Shown piece by piece: positions 47,487-56,223 of a DNA stretch of 64,000 nt. The stretch's first letter is position 1, and the number at the start of each line of letters is the position of its first letter. The DNA is from Klebsiella phage phiKp_32, in sequence record LC768500.1; one strand, written 5' to 3'. The position numbers and the translations under genes were made by a program. Under the pieces are notes generated by a model. That model did not search any database. It had not been told where the DNA came from and was given only the letters and a program-made list of their open reading frames with translations.

Positions 47487-49295
47487 TTACGCTAATACCC
47501 AGCAAGCTCTAGATGAGTTCCAAATGAATTCATAGGTTCCCGCAGAAGTTAAAGCGACGCTAGTTAACGACCCACCTCCAGGGCCGTAAATTGTATCGGT
47601 CCCGTTAGGGGTTACCGTGTACGTCCCACCTGATAGGATTTTCTTAAATCTTATCATAAACCCTGAACTCAACCCAGTCCCAGACGGAAGGTTGAAAGAT
47701 GAGGCGGCGGAACTCAAACAGTAATAAACGTTACTCAATCCGGTCGTAGGGAAAGTATAACCGGTATTAATTTCAGTATAAGTAACGGATACTTGAGATA
47801 ATCCAGCTAATGAGACTTTACCTGCCGCGAACGTGATTAACTGGGTAGGCGCCGCAGTTCCTGAACCACCCCAGATTCCAGAAGGAGAGAAACTCAATCT
47901 TGGGTAAGCCTCACCCGTCACTTTTAACGAATACATTGCTGTAGCCGTGGACGTAGCTCCCTGTTGAATAGGCTGAACGGCATCCATGACTTTTATGTTA
48001 GCGAATTCGTAGTTTCCTCTGTCAGGGGAATTGGTAATCGCCACCGCGGCGGCGTCAGATGGGGACCCGGTAGCGACGTTATTGGTGAAGTAATCATTAA
48101 CGCCATTCCACATTGTCGAAGAACCTGACGCGAAAGCCATGCAATAAGCTACTCGTGTGCTAGACGTGCCAGTGTTGTAATTGAAATGGGAGTTGGAGGT
48201 AATAATCTTTCTCACGTTACCTGTGAACTTCAGGTTGGCGTAACCATTAGTGGCGATCTCCGCAGCTGCAGACCCCCATCCGTTGGCAAAGAACGTGTTG
48301 GCGATTTGTTCGTGGATTTCAGTACCGCCAGGAGTGTTAAATAAAATCCCTGACTTAGCGTTAGAGTTAACGTGGTTCCTCACCATGCTCGTTACGGTAG
48401 CATTAGGTCCGAATACCACGCCGTTTCCGTTAGACTCGTAAGATTCACTGAGTACCATACGGAAACTTGCACAGTTAGCGTAAATATTATCCGATCCACT
48501 ACGCCCGATAGAAGAAGATAACAATTGCCAATCCGCGCCATTGGCGATATACAAGCAGGTGTTGTAACAGTATAGTATCGAAGAGTATTGCAGATACCCC
48601 ATGTTACGGTTTTTCCCAGCGTAAACGCCGTACCCAGAGAAATTACCAATACCTGAGTTTATCAACTGTACACCGATTGAATAAACACTGGCATCGGCTA
48701 GATATATCGCCGTGAGAGGTCCGCTCGTCGGCGCGTTTAGAGCATAAACCGACCCTGGGTTAGACCAATCCCCCTCAATCCTAATATTTTCAAAAGTAGG
48801 GGAAGCCGACCGGGAACAGTAGAACATGTTACCGGTCGTCCCTGGTTTGGCGGTAATACGAGCTGAACTACGTTTACCAACACCTTCAAAATAAACGTTA
48901 CTGGAAATATTTAAATTCCCAATTATGTAGTTCTTACCCGCGCTAAGTTTTATTCTAGCTGTAGAGGAAGCGTTAATAGCGGCCTGCATGGCTGCTGTAT
49001 CATCAGTTACACCATCGCCCTTTGCCCCATAAGCTTCTGGAACAACGTAGGTCAAGTAATCCTGAACGTGTCCCCCTTGGCTAACGCCGATGTTACCAGC
49101 GCCAGTATTCCCAGTTAGGTTAGAGAAGAAGGTTTGGATAGAGGTTACGATCCCCTTCATTGTGAAACGCTTGGCTCCAAAACGATCGTCGTATGTCTCG
49201 TTATCACTATTAACGATCTCGTCGAGTTTCTCGGTGTTAAACCTCACGTCTATTGCAGTACTACTGGGTATATTATTTTGTGTTGGAGTTGTCAT
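47487..49295 (-). CDS. Tailspike paralogue 7 (minus strand)
   Basis: MTTPTQNNIPS...FNTEKLDEIVNSD..YDDRFGAKRFT anchor. Body rungs NHVNSNAKSG, FTGNVRKI. RBS ggaggga. Confidence 0.75.
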   Translation of the reverse strand: MTTPTQNNIPSSTAIDVRFNTEKLDEIVNSDNETYDDRFGAKRFTMKGIVTSIQTFFSNLTGNTGAGNIGVSQGGHVQDYLTYVVPEAYGAKGDGVTDDTAAMQAAINASSTARIKLSAGKNYIIGNLNISSNVYFEGVGKRSSARITAKPGTTGNMFYCSRSASPTFENIRIEGDWSNPGSVYALNAPTSGPLTAIYLADASVYSIGVQLINSGIGNFSGYGVYAGKNRNMGYLQYSSILYCYNTCLYIANGADWQLLSSSIGRSGSDNIYANCASFRMVLSESYESNGNGVVFGPNATVTSMVRNHVNSNAKSGILFNTPGGTEIHEQIANTFFANGWGSAAAEIATNGYANLKFTGNVRKIITSNSHFNYNTGTSSTRVAYCMAFASGSSTMWNGVNDYFTNNVATGSPSDAAAVAITNSPDRGNYEFANIKVMDAVQPIQQGATSTATAMYSLKVTGEAYPRLSFSPSGIWGGSGTAAPTQLITFAAGKVSLAGLSQVSVTYTEINTGYTFPTTGLSNVYYCLSSAASSFNLPSGTGLSSGFMIRFKKILSGGTYTVTPNGTDTIYGPGGGSLTSVALTSAGTYEFIWNSSRACWVLA

Positions 49296-49408
49296 CTCTC
49301 CCTCCGACTATAAAAATTAACGGTCACGCATATTACTATGTATGACGCCTAATGAACCTGGGTCATAAAATTCAACATGATGTTAATCCACGCTATTGAG
49401 GTTTTATT

Positions 49409-49684
49409 ATGAAATTTACTTCTGCTGTTGCAAAACTCAAACCTGGTTTCGGTATTCAGTGCACCGATTGGAATGGCGCAAATCAGTTTGTTTTCGATGC
49501 CTCTTTGACCATGTCTCTCGTTGAAGCACGCAAGCAGGGCTTCCCCGGCCCGGTTAAACTGAAACCGGTTTACGTGTTGCATAACGCCAAGGGTGAGCTG
49601 CAACCTGGTTGGGTGCCGTCTCAGGGTGATCTGCGCAACGAGAACTGGGTCGTTGTCAAAATCAAAGACGCGCTGGCGAAATGA
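49409..49684 (+). CDS. DUF2829-like small phage protein
   Basis: 91 aa with a W-N-G-A-N-Q-style motif (CTDWNGANQFVF). Chosen over the overlapping antisense ORF 49349..49603. Confidence 0.45.
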   Translation: MKFTSAVAKLKPGFGIQCTDWNGANQFVFDASLTMSLVEARKQGFPGPVKLKPVYVLHNAKGELQPGWVPSQGDLRNENWVVVKIKDALAK

Positions 49685-50007
49685 ACTACCATCTCTTCTT
49701 CGTCGTAGGATTGACAGTTTGTTTGATCGTTTTTAGTGTCTTTGACGATTACTACACGAAAAGAGCGATTGGACTTAAAGGTTACGTTCCTTTCTGGGCT
49801 GTCGCAGTAATTCCAGGAAAATCCAAACTTAGTCTTAAACTGATTAAGTTTAAGATGGCGTGTTATGTTTTGGTTTGGATTTCGTGGCTGGTCATTCTAT
49901 CATCTCCGTTACCTTTTCTTGTTGCGTTGATGATGACGATCTTGGGATTGCTCAGTTGTATCATGTTAGGATCGTTGCTTCACAACATCGCTCAATCTAA
50001 AAAATAA
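49681..50007 (+). CDS. Multi-pass membrane protein (108 aa)
   Basis: Three hydrophobic helices; ATGA overlap. Confidence 0.5.
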   Translation: MNYHLFFVVGLTVCLIVFSVFDDYYTKRAIGLKGYVPFWAVAVIPGKSKLSLKLIKFKMACYVLVWISWLVILSSPLPFLVALMMTILGLLSCIMLGSLLHNIAQSKK

Positions 50008-50010
50008 ATC

Positions 50011-50041
50011 TAAGTAGGAGAGGTTTCCCCGCTCCTACTTA
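50011..50041 (+). terminator. Hairpin terminator (CTCCTAC-related)
   Basis: aagtaggag-aggtttccccg-ctcctactt. Confidence 0.5.
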
Positions 50042-50058
50042 ATAAAGGATAATCTTTT

Positions 50059-50982
50059 ATGCCTATCATTATCGTTCCAGTTAGCGGTGGGGTAGAATCT
50101 ACCGCTTTACTCCACAAAGCCTTACAAGGTGACAACGAAGTTCATCCCGTATACGTTGCTGTCAACGGCGACCCTAGATCATCGGTATTTGATTTAACCG
50201 CAGCCGAACATATAGTGAATTGGTTTGAAGAACATAAAGGCGGTTACGTTGGGAGATTAAGACCCTTAACGTATATGATCAATCCGGTTTTCTTTCATCT
50301 CCATAACAATAACGAAATAGAAAACACCCCGGCCAATTATGGAGTGACCCAACAATTTCAATTGGTTTACAACATTAGTCTTCTTCGATCTAAATTTTGG
50401 GATTGTAATCCAGGTGTCTGGATTGGTTGGTTAAAGGAGGATGGCAATGAGTTTTCTTTTAACGAATACGATTTCTCGGCAGAGGAGTATAAGGAACTAT
50501 TAAAATTACCCGTGACACTAGGGGCGTTATCTAATATAGATAGAACGTGTAAGCCTTTTAGAACCCCCTTCTGGGAAATGACTAAATCCGATGTTTATCT
50601 AAGCCTGCCTGAAGAGCTTAAAACTTTAGTCGTTCCTAACGGTTCCGAGTATTATAACGGAGACGGTGACTTGGTCAGAACACCTTGGAAAGCTAAAAGG
50701 AAAGAATGGATCAATGCGAACATACCTATTAAAGACAGTTATGTATTTTCAGCAGCTCAGATTTCCCGCATAGGGCGATACGCCGGAAAGAAACTCTTGG
50801 GGAAAGATTTCAATCTCTCTCCTAATTACGACGCTTTAATCGAATTAGTTTATCGAGACTCTCGATGGCACCCTCTCCCCTTTACCAATAAAGACTTCTA
50901 CACCATTTGTAGTGCGAATAACTTAAAAGCCATCGTCAGGGAAGCCCAACACAACATCCCTGCTATCAAACCAATCGGTTAG
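50059..50982 (+). CDS. QueC-like PP-loop ATPase lacking the C-terminal Zn-binding cysteines
   Basis: N-terminal VSGGVESTALLHKALQGDNEVHPV matches the QueC SGGxDST...EVH pattern. TPFWEMTKSDV matches the QueC TPLMWIDKAETW. The QueC CxxC...C cluster is replaced by YYNGDGDLV. Confidence 0.6.
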   Translation: MPIIIVPVSGGVESTALLHKALQGDNEVHPVYVAVNGDPRSSVFDLTAAEHIVNWFEEHKGGYVGRLRPLTYMINPVFFHLHNNNEIENTPANYGVTQQFQLVYNISLLRSKFWDCNPGVWIGWLKEDGNEFSFNEYDFSAEEYKELLKLPVTLGALSNIDRTCKPFRTPFWEMTKSDVYLSLPEELKTLVVPNGSEYYNGDGDLVRTPWKAKRKEWINANIPIKDSYVFSAAQISRIGRYAGKKLLGKDFNLSPNYDALIELVYRDSRWHPLPFTNKDFYTICSANNLKAIVREAQHNIPAIKPIG

Positions 50983-50984
50983 TT

Positions 50985-52262
50985 GGATAGTTCATCTATT
51001 TTTAGTTCTACATTATCTGGTCGGAGGAACTAAAAATGTTTATTAGTAAACGGGGTAAACTCCGGCCACATAAATCCAATATTGAAATTATCGAACGGAC
51101 TTTCGGTTGTCGGAGATTTGTCTGGAATCAGTTATTAGGATTACATAAAGAGCAATATGAAAAATGGAAGGGGGATAATACTTTAGAAAAACCCAAATTA
51201 AGTTTAACACTGCTTAATAAAGAGCTCAATGAGCTCAAAATAACTCATTCTTGGTTAAATGAAGTAAGTGCCGTAGTTTTACAACAAAGCGTCAATGATC
51301 TTTATAGTGCTTTTCAAGGTTTCTTTAAGAGAGGCAAAGGTTACCCTAAATTTAAATCCAAAAGAGGAATTCAATCTTTTCGGTTTTCAGGTAGTCGGGA
51401 TATTCATGTCGACCACTCTAAAATCAGATTACCCAAATGCAATCATAAATCGGTAATTTCTAAAAACGTTATACTCAACGATCCTTCTTCCTATACCGTT
51501 ATTCGTGATCGGGTTGGCGATTATTTTATTTCCTTTGTTGACCAAATCGAAGAGATTGAACAAGAACCTGAAAGTAAGGGTAAGTTCGTCGGGGTTGATT
51601 TAGGGATCAAATCCTTGGCGGTTATTAAACACGTAAACGGTAAAGTAGAGGAAATAGAAAATCCTCAATTTTATCGTAAAGCTGAAAAACGTTTAAAGAC
51701 GTTATCCCGTCGTTTAAGTAAGAAACAGAAAGGGAGTAAGAATCGGAACAAAGCCAGAATTAAATTAGCTAAACACTGTCGAAAGATTGCTAATCAACGC
51801 AATGACTTTTTACATAAATTATCCACTCGATTAATTACCGAAAACCAAGGGATTAATATCGAAGATTTAAATGTAAAGGGGATGGTTAAGAATCATAACT
51901 TAGCGAAGTCGATTCAAGATGCGTCTTTCAGTATCTTAAAACAACAATTGATTTACAAAGCTAGCCGGTATATTAAACCTAAAGTGATTTGTCTTGTCGA
52001 TCGTTTTTATCCCAGTACTCAAATCTGCTCTCATTGTGGCGTTAAAAGTGAAGTGAAAATCAAACTTCACGTAAGAGAATGGACCTGTGGTCACTGCGGA
52101 ACGCATCACGATCGTGACATTAATGCGGCTACGAATATCCTTAACGAAGGATGTCGTTTAACTACTTCCTAGGTTAAGGGTATTTAGTTACCCCTACCCT
52201 TGGTCTGAGGGGACGTTAAGCCTGCGGAGTGCTGCAGTTGGTACGAGGAAGCAGGAAGTTGA
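50985..52262 (+). mobile_element. IS605-family TnpB-only element, copy 2
   Basis: Ends approximate. Upstream homology to copy 1 (tcta.at.at...gtcggaggaac); downstream conserved scaffold ends at gaagcaggaagttga (52248-52262). Confidence 0.5.
51036..52172 (+). CDS. tnpB: TnpB RNA-guided endonuclease-family protein, copy 2
   Basis: GVDLGIKS, INIEDLNVKGM, CSHCG...CGHCG, HDRDINAATNI. Roughly 65% identical to copy 1 by eye. Confidence 0.85.
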   Translation: MFISKRGKLRPHKSNIEIIERTFGCRRFVWNQLLGLHKEQYEKWKGDNTLEKPKLSLTLLNKELNELKITHSWLNEVSAVVLQQSVNDLYSAFQGFFKRGKGYPKFKSKRGIQSFRFSGSRDIHVDHSKIRLPKCNHKSVISKNVILNDPSSYTVIRDRVGDYFISFVDQIEEIEQEPESKGKFVGVDLGIKSLAVIKHVNGKVEEIENPQFYRKAEKRLKTLSRRLSKKQKGSKNRNKARIKLAKHCRKIANQRNDFLHKLSTRLITENQGINIEDLNVKGMVKNHNLAKSIQDASFSILKQQLIYKASRYIKPKVICLVDRFYPSTQICSHCGVKSEVKIKLHVREWTCGHCGTHHDRDINAATNILNEGCRLTTS

Positions 52263-52285
52263 TTTATCAGCAAGACACATTATCT
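52150..52285 (+). ncRNA. Putative omegaRNA of TnpB copy 2
   Basis: Same conserved scaffold as copy 1, followed by a different 3' sequence tttatcagcaagacacattatc. Confidence 0.45.
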
Positions 52286-52299
52286 TTTCGGAGTAATCA

Positions 52300-52488
52300 A
52301 TGAAATGCAATCACGATTTTGAAAAACCCACCTATGAATTCTTAAAGAAGGAGTCGGGCTTCTTTCATTGTTTTAAACGAACGTGTAAACAATGCGGGCA
52401 TGTTCACCAACAAGAAGTGAAACGTAAATCAGATGTGCCTCTCTGGGCTAAAGAAGCAGAAGAGGTATTTCACTATCACAAATTTTAG
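52300..52488 (+). CDS. Small zinc-ribbon-like protein (62 aa)
   Basis: C3, H5...H23, C24...C29-x2-C32, H34. RBS ggag. Confidence 0.5.
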   Translation: MKCNHDFEKPTYEFLKKESGFFHCFKRTCKQCGHVHQQEVKRKSDVPLWAKEAEEVFHYHKF

Positions 52489-52500
52489 GAGTCAATATCA

Positions 52501-52896
52501 ATGGGTATGATCGATTATGTTTACGTTGAGGGAGATAATAAGGTCGGAATCCCTAAACTAATCGGCGGTGAGCACTATCAAACCACGGAAATGGATTGTC
52601 TTTCGGTTAAATACAAAATTAATGAAAATGGTGTATTTTCTGTCGTGGGAAAGGGTAATTGGGAAGGGGATTACGAACAAGATGTTTTGGGTGGGTGTTT
52701 AACCGAAACAATTGCGCTCGTAGGAGAAACGGAAGAAGGTAATAAAGAGCTTTTTCTTTATATCGAGAATAACGTTGTTAAATTCGTTTTCGAATACGGT
52801 AACATTCGGTATAGAGCCGAAGATATTAACCTTGACAGCATGTATCGAAAATTCACCGATGAATTCTTGGGCGAATTCGAATTCTTATTAGAGTGA
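52501..52896 (+). CDS. Hypothetical protein (131 aa)
   Basis: ORF with the taggagtcaatatcaATG start context. Confidence 0.5.
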   Translation: MGMIDYVYVEGDNKVGIPKLIGGEHYQTTEMDCLSVKYKINENGVFSVVGKGNWEGDYEQDVLGGCLTETIALVGETEEGNKELFLYIENNVVKFVFEYGNIRYRAEDINLDSMYRKFTDEFLGEFEFLLE

Positions 52897-52903
52897 GGAT
52901 AAA

Positions 52904-53071
52904 ATGGCTTTCTCTATTTCTGGAAATGGTCTAAAGACAAAGGGTTTAAGGACACCTAATTGCTCTTGGGTTAAAAATGCAAATGATCGATTCTATTCAA
53001 TCGATAATGGTTGGGAGCGGTATATGAAAGCCTCTACAGAAGAGATCATTAGTGGGGGTAAAACGCATTAA
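52904..53071 (+). CDS. Possible small protein (55 aa)
   Basis: RBS gaggat then ATG. Overlaps the next ORF. Confidence 0.3.
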   Translation: MAFSISGNGLKTKGLRTPNCSWVKNANDRFYSIDNGWERYMKASTEEIISGGKTH

Positions 53072-53471
53072 CCTCAGTTCACCTGATTTTGGCATTAACG
53101 ATATTTTGATTAGTTTAATCGTTAGATTCAATACCGATATTCGTTTGAGCAAAATCTTCAGGAAGGTTAACAATAATGATGTTCCTTCTTTGTTTAACAA
53201 CAGCGACTTCGTAAAGCATTACACTCAGCGACCTCATATAGAAAACGGGTTATTGAAATATAACGGTTGGACAGTGGGGGTGGGTCGTCCGCTAAAAATC
53301 CAGTCTTTTGATTGGAGAGTGTATGGGTCTGAGGGATTTAACGTCATAACCATTCCCAACCCAAAACCTAAACTAAAGATCCGGTTTACAAGAAGCGATA
53401 AACCAGGCTACGTTAATTTTGTTGTTAAAGAACAACCAGGGCTTAACGAATGGGAGAAAGTTTATGAGTAA
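53052..53471 (+). CDS. Hypothetical protein (139 aa; GTG start uncertain)
   Basis: ORF with no internal Met; start codon ambiguous. Confidence 0.4.
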   Translation: MGVKRINLSSPDFGINDILISLIVRFNTDIRLSKIFRKVNNNDVPSLFNNSDFVKHYTQRPHIENGLLKYNGWTVGVGRPLKIQSFDWRVYGSEGFNVITIPNPKPKLKIRFTRSDKPGYVNFVVKEQPGLNEWEKVYE

Positions 53472-53967
53472 TCGGGGATTATCATCGAGTCCTTATAAGA
53501 GCAGACTCGAGAAGAAAAAGAAAGATAAAAAGAGAGCACGTATTCTTGGAGGCCCTAAACTGAGAGGACGTAAAAGCGCTCAACAGAGAGTACAAATAGA
53601 TTCATTCCTGGAAAGAGTTACTGCCGATGCCGAATCATGGGCGGAGCGACAAAAGACAGAAGAGTGGTTAAAGAATCCGCTTTATCCCTATTGGCGTAAG
53701 GATCCCTTCGAGATAAGACTCTCCGGGGTTATTTCTCCTCCTGCGTTTTCCGGTAAAGACTATCGAATGCTTTCTGAAGCGCTTAAAAATGTTGTGTTGA
53801 CTAAAACTATCCCCAGTGCCTCTGTGGAAGCACTGAATGGTTCCGCTAACCGACAAGAGAGCATTTACAAATCATTCTCTTTTTATAACCATAAAGAGAT
53901 CGATCTCCGGGACTATGTTAAAGTCCACGGTCGCCCACTAACTACTAACGGATTCCACCATGGCTAA
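53464..53967 (+). CDS. Hypothetical basic protein (about 167 aa)
   Basis: Start refined to ATG 53464, overlapping the upstream stop. K/R-rich N-terminus. Confidence 0.5.
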   Translation: MSNRGLSSSPYKSRLEKKKKDKKRARILGGPKLRGRKSAQQRVQIDSFLERVTADAESWAERQKTEEWLKNPLYPYWRKDPFEIRLSGVISPPAFSGKDYRMLSEALKNVVLTKTIPSASVEALNGSANRQESIYKSFSFYNHKEIDLRDYVKVHGRPLTTNGFHHG

Positions 53968-54424
53968 ATCTATTTGGAAACCGGGTGTTAAAATCACTCG
54001 TAAAGAAAAGAAAGCACTTCGTCGTTTAATGCCTCATCCTAATAAGGGTCGGAGACACTACCAGTGGCGGGTAGAGAATACCCGTATTAGTCGTATTATG
54101 AAAGACGTAATAAACGACGACGGAACTCTGAATATCGTCAACGTCGCTAAACGTACCACGCGGGTTTCGGATAAACTCACGATGAAGCGGGAATTTATTT
54201 ATACCCTACCGAACTCTTCGGACGAGAGAAATATTCAGGCTTTTCGTCCTCGTCTCATGGAAGGATTTTCCGAGTCAGATAAAGAACGATTCAATGAAAT
54301 CTGCCGTGAGGTACTCGAACAACAACTTATCGATGGGTTAAAGAACAGATTAACTGCTCGAGAGATAGAAGGAGAACATCTTCGTGGTCAAGCCAGTGAC
54401 GTATCGTCAGTTCCTAAAGAATAA
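53960..54424 (+). CDS. Hypothetical basic protein (154 aa)
   Basis: ORF, overlapping start. Confidence 0.5.
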   Translation: MAKSIWKPGVKITRKEKKALRRLMPHPNKGRRHYQWRVENTRISRIMKDVINDDGTLNIVNVAKRTTRVSDKLTMKREFIYTLPNSSDERNIQAFRPRLMEGFSESDKERFNEICREVLEQQLIDGLKNRLTAREIEGEHLRGQASDVSSVPKE

Positions 54425-54638
54425 CGACATCCCCAAGGATAAGAAAGAACCTCTTATTCCTACCACAGCGGTATTACTACCGAAACCCGAGGTTCCTAAA
54501 GGGCTTAATTCTAGCCTGCGCAGTACCGACGGAACGGGGATAGATACCTTCGGTAATTTAGATGGGCGGTCTGGAAAGATCGAAATACTCAACGCTAAGT
54601 ATGCTCATGGAGAATGGTTTACTTGGCCCAACAAATAG
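54384..54638 (+). CDS. Hypothetical protein (84 aa; GTG start)
   Basis: ORF overlapping the previous gene by 41 nt. Confidence 0.35.
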   Translation: MVKPVTYRQFLKNNDIPKDKKEPLIPTTAVLLPKPEVPKGLNSSLRSTDGTGIDTFGNLDGRSGKIEILNAKYAHGEWFTWPNK

Positions 54639-54641
54639 GTA

Positions 54642-54797
54642 ATGGTCATGGAAAAGTTAACGGTAATGAAAAATGTTTTTGAGTTAGCAACGGACATTAC
54701 TCCTAAGAGAAAAATACCCGATACTAAAAAGATACTAGAAGCGGGTAAAGATTCTGTCGTTGAATTCATTAACGAATATTTGGAGATGAAGAAATGA
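54642..54797 (+). CDS. Possible small protein (about 51 aa)
   Basis: ATG...TGA overlapping the DHFR start (ATGA). Confidence 0.3.
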   Translation: MVMEKLTVMKNVFELATDITPKRKIPDTKKILEAGKDSVVEFINEYLEMKK

Positions 54798-55315
54798 TCA
54801 TATCACTCATTATTGCTTTAGATGAAAATAACGTTATCGGGCAGGACGATCGTATTCCCTGGAATGAACCAGAAGACATGATGTGGTTTGTTACTAAGAC
54901 TCGTCATAAGGCCATCGTAATGGGTCGTAAGACGTTCGACGGTCTTCATAACCCGTTACCTAACCGGTTGAATATCGTCCTTACCAAAGACGGTAAGGAG
55001 CGCCCTGGAGCTATTACTGCTAAGACCCCGTGGGATGTTCAGAAAGCGGCTATCGACGCGGGTTATAACGAATTGGTTATTTGTGGCGGTCCTGGTTTAT
55101 ACGACTACGCGTTAAATAACAACATCGTGGATAAGATCTACCTGACTCGTGTTTTGAAAGAACACGAAGGTAACGTTAAATACGTACACCCTCTTTTGGA
55201 AGAACTCCTAGGTAGCGATAAAGTCGGTAATTTGTATGCGGGCAAATGGGTTCTGGACCAGTTCGTCTCAGTGCCGGGTTTAGTATTTCGGACCTTAACC
55301 AAAGTAAGAAAATAA
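54794..55315 (+). CDS. folA: Dihydrofolate reductase
   Basis: IISLIIALDENNVIGQDDRIPW and GRKTFD follow the DHFR N-terminal pattern. 173 aa. Confidence 0.85.
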   Translation: MIISLIIALDENNVIGQDDRIPWNEPEDMMWFVTKTRHKAIVMGRKTFDGLHNPLPNRLNIVLTKDGKERPGAITAKTPWDVQKAAIDAGYNELVICGGPGLYDYALNNNIVDKIYLTRVLKEHEGNVKYVHPLLEELLGSDKVGNLYAGKWVLDQFVSVPGLVFRTLTKVRK

Positions 55316-55338
55316 ACACAGACCAATAGGAAATAAAA

Positions 55339-55902
55339 ATGAAACAGAAATTTCATCAAGGTGATTTGGTTTTTATAAAAGAAGACCTCGGTCCTTTTAT
55401 GGGTCATTTCCAAAGTGGATGCAGGGCCATTGTTGAGTACAGTTACAATGATCGTTACGGGGATCGAGATAAATCAAAAGAGTTTAAAAATGAGTCCGAT
55501 ATCAGTTACTCTCTTTGGTTAGAAGGGAGAGGAAGTGTAGCCTGGTATCATCAGGACCAACTCATTCTCATTGAAGAGGGGAGAAGGGATCTCTTAGAAC
55601 AGTGGGAGAAAGAGGAGGAAGAGAAAAAGATTAGGGAATCTGATCTGGATTATATCTTTTCCATCAAAGATCCTAATAAACTAGGTTATTACAGTCTGCA
55701 AGCCTTGGCTGACGTAATGGAACTGGGGTCGCTTTGGGGCCCAAGAGGAGAGGGCATTGATTTGGTTCGAAATCAGCACATCATGTGTCTTATCGCTGGC
55801 CGTTTCATGGCGTGTGAAAACCCCAAGGAAGAATTCCTAAAATCCGCGAGTGAGTTTAAAGAGAAAGTTTCCTCTGGTGAAATCAACACGCAGATAAAAT
55901 AA
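55339..55902 (+). CDS. Hypothetical protein (187 aa)
   Basis: ORF with the ataggaaataaaaATG start context. Confidence 0.55.
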   Translation: MKQKFHQGDLVFIKEDLGPFMGHFQSGCRAIVEYSYNDRYGDRDKSKEFKNESDISYSLWLEGRGSVAWYHQDQLILIEEGRRDLLEQWEKEEEEKKIRESDLDYIFSIKDPNKLGYYSLQALADVMELGSLWGPRGEGIDLVRNQHIMCLIAGRFMACENPKEEFLKSASEFKEKVSSGEINTQIK

Positions 55903-55953
55903 AACCTTTAGTATCCCTTTGTAAATCCAACGGTTATTTTTAGGGAAAACATC

Positions 55954-56043
55954 ATGTTAAAGAAAACACTTATTTTTATTGTCGCTGTTATTGTTCTTCT
56001 CGGTGCCGCGGCGGAACGTCAACAAAAGAAGAACGCGATCTAA
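55954..56043 (+). CDS. Putative small membrane peptide (29 aa)
   Basis: tttttagggaaaacatcATG start context. MLKKTLIFIVAVIVLLGAAAERQQKKNAI. Confidence 0.35.
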   Translation: MLKKTLIFIVAVIVLLGAAAERQQKKNAI

Positions 56044-56085
56044 TCGCTAATACTTTAGAACTAGCTTTAAATATTTGATCTATCG

Positions 56086-56118
56086 TAACTCCTACTCCCT
56101 TATGGGAAGTAGGAGTTA
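56086..56118 (+). terminator. Terminator, conserved CTCCTACTCCC family (one bulge)
   Basis: taactcctactccc-ttat-gggaagtaggagtta followed by a T9 run. Confidence 0.7.
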
Positions 56119-56137
56119 TACCATGACTTATTTTTTT

Positions 56138-56168
56138 TTACTTGTATTTCATCATAAACCTATATAAC
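56138..56168 (+). promoter_or_regulatory. Sigma70-like promoter candidate (TTTTACTTGTAT cassette, copy 2)
   Basis: -35 TTACTT, 17-nt spacer, -10 TATATA. About 55 nt upstream of ATG 56224. Confidence 0.45.
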
Positions 56169-56223
56169 TTAAGTACATAAACATAAAACTTTATTAATTA
56201 AACCGTCTACGAGGATTTTTAAC

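Noticed and set aside
30998-49295. Diversity-generating retroelement (DGR) targeting the tailspike C-termini.
   Set aside because: No reverse-transcriptase ORF (YxDD motif) and no obvious TR/VR near-repeat pair were visible in the window.
49349-49603. 84-aa ORF on the - strand overlapping the DUF2829-like gene.
   Set aside because: The + strand ORF has an RBS, fits the gene order and has a recognisable family motif. The - strand ORF has none of these.
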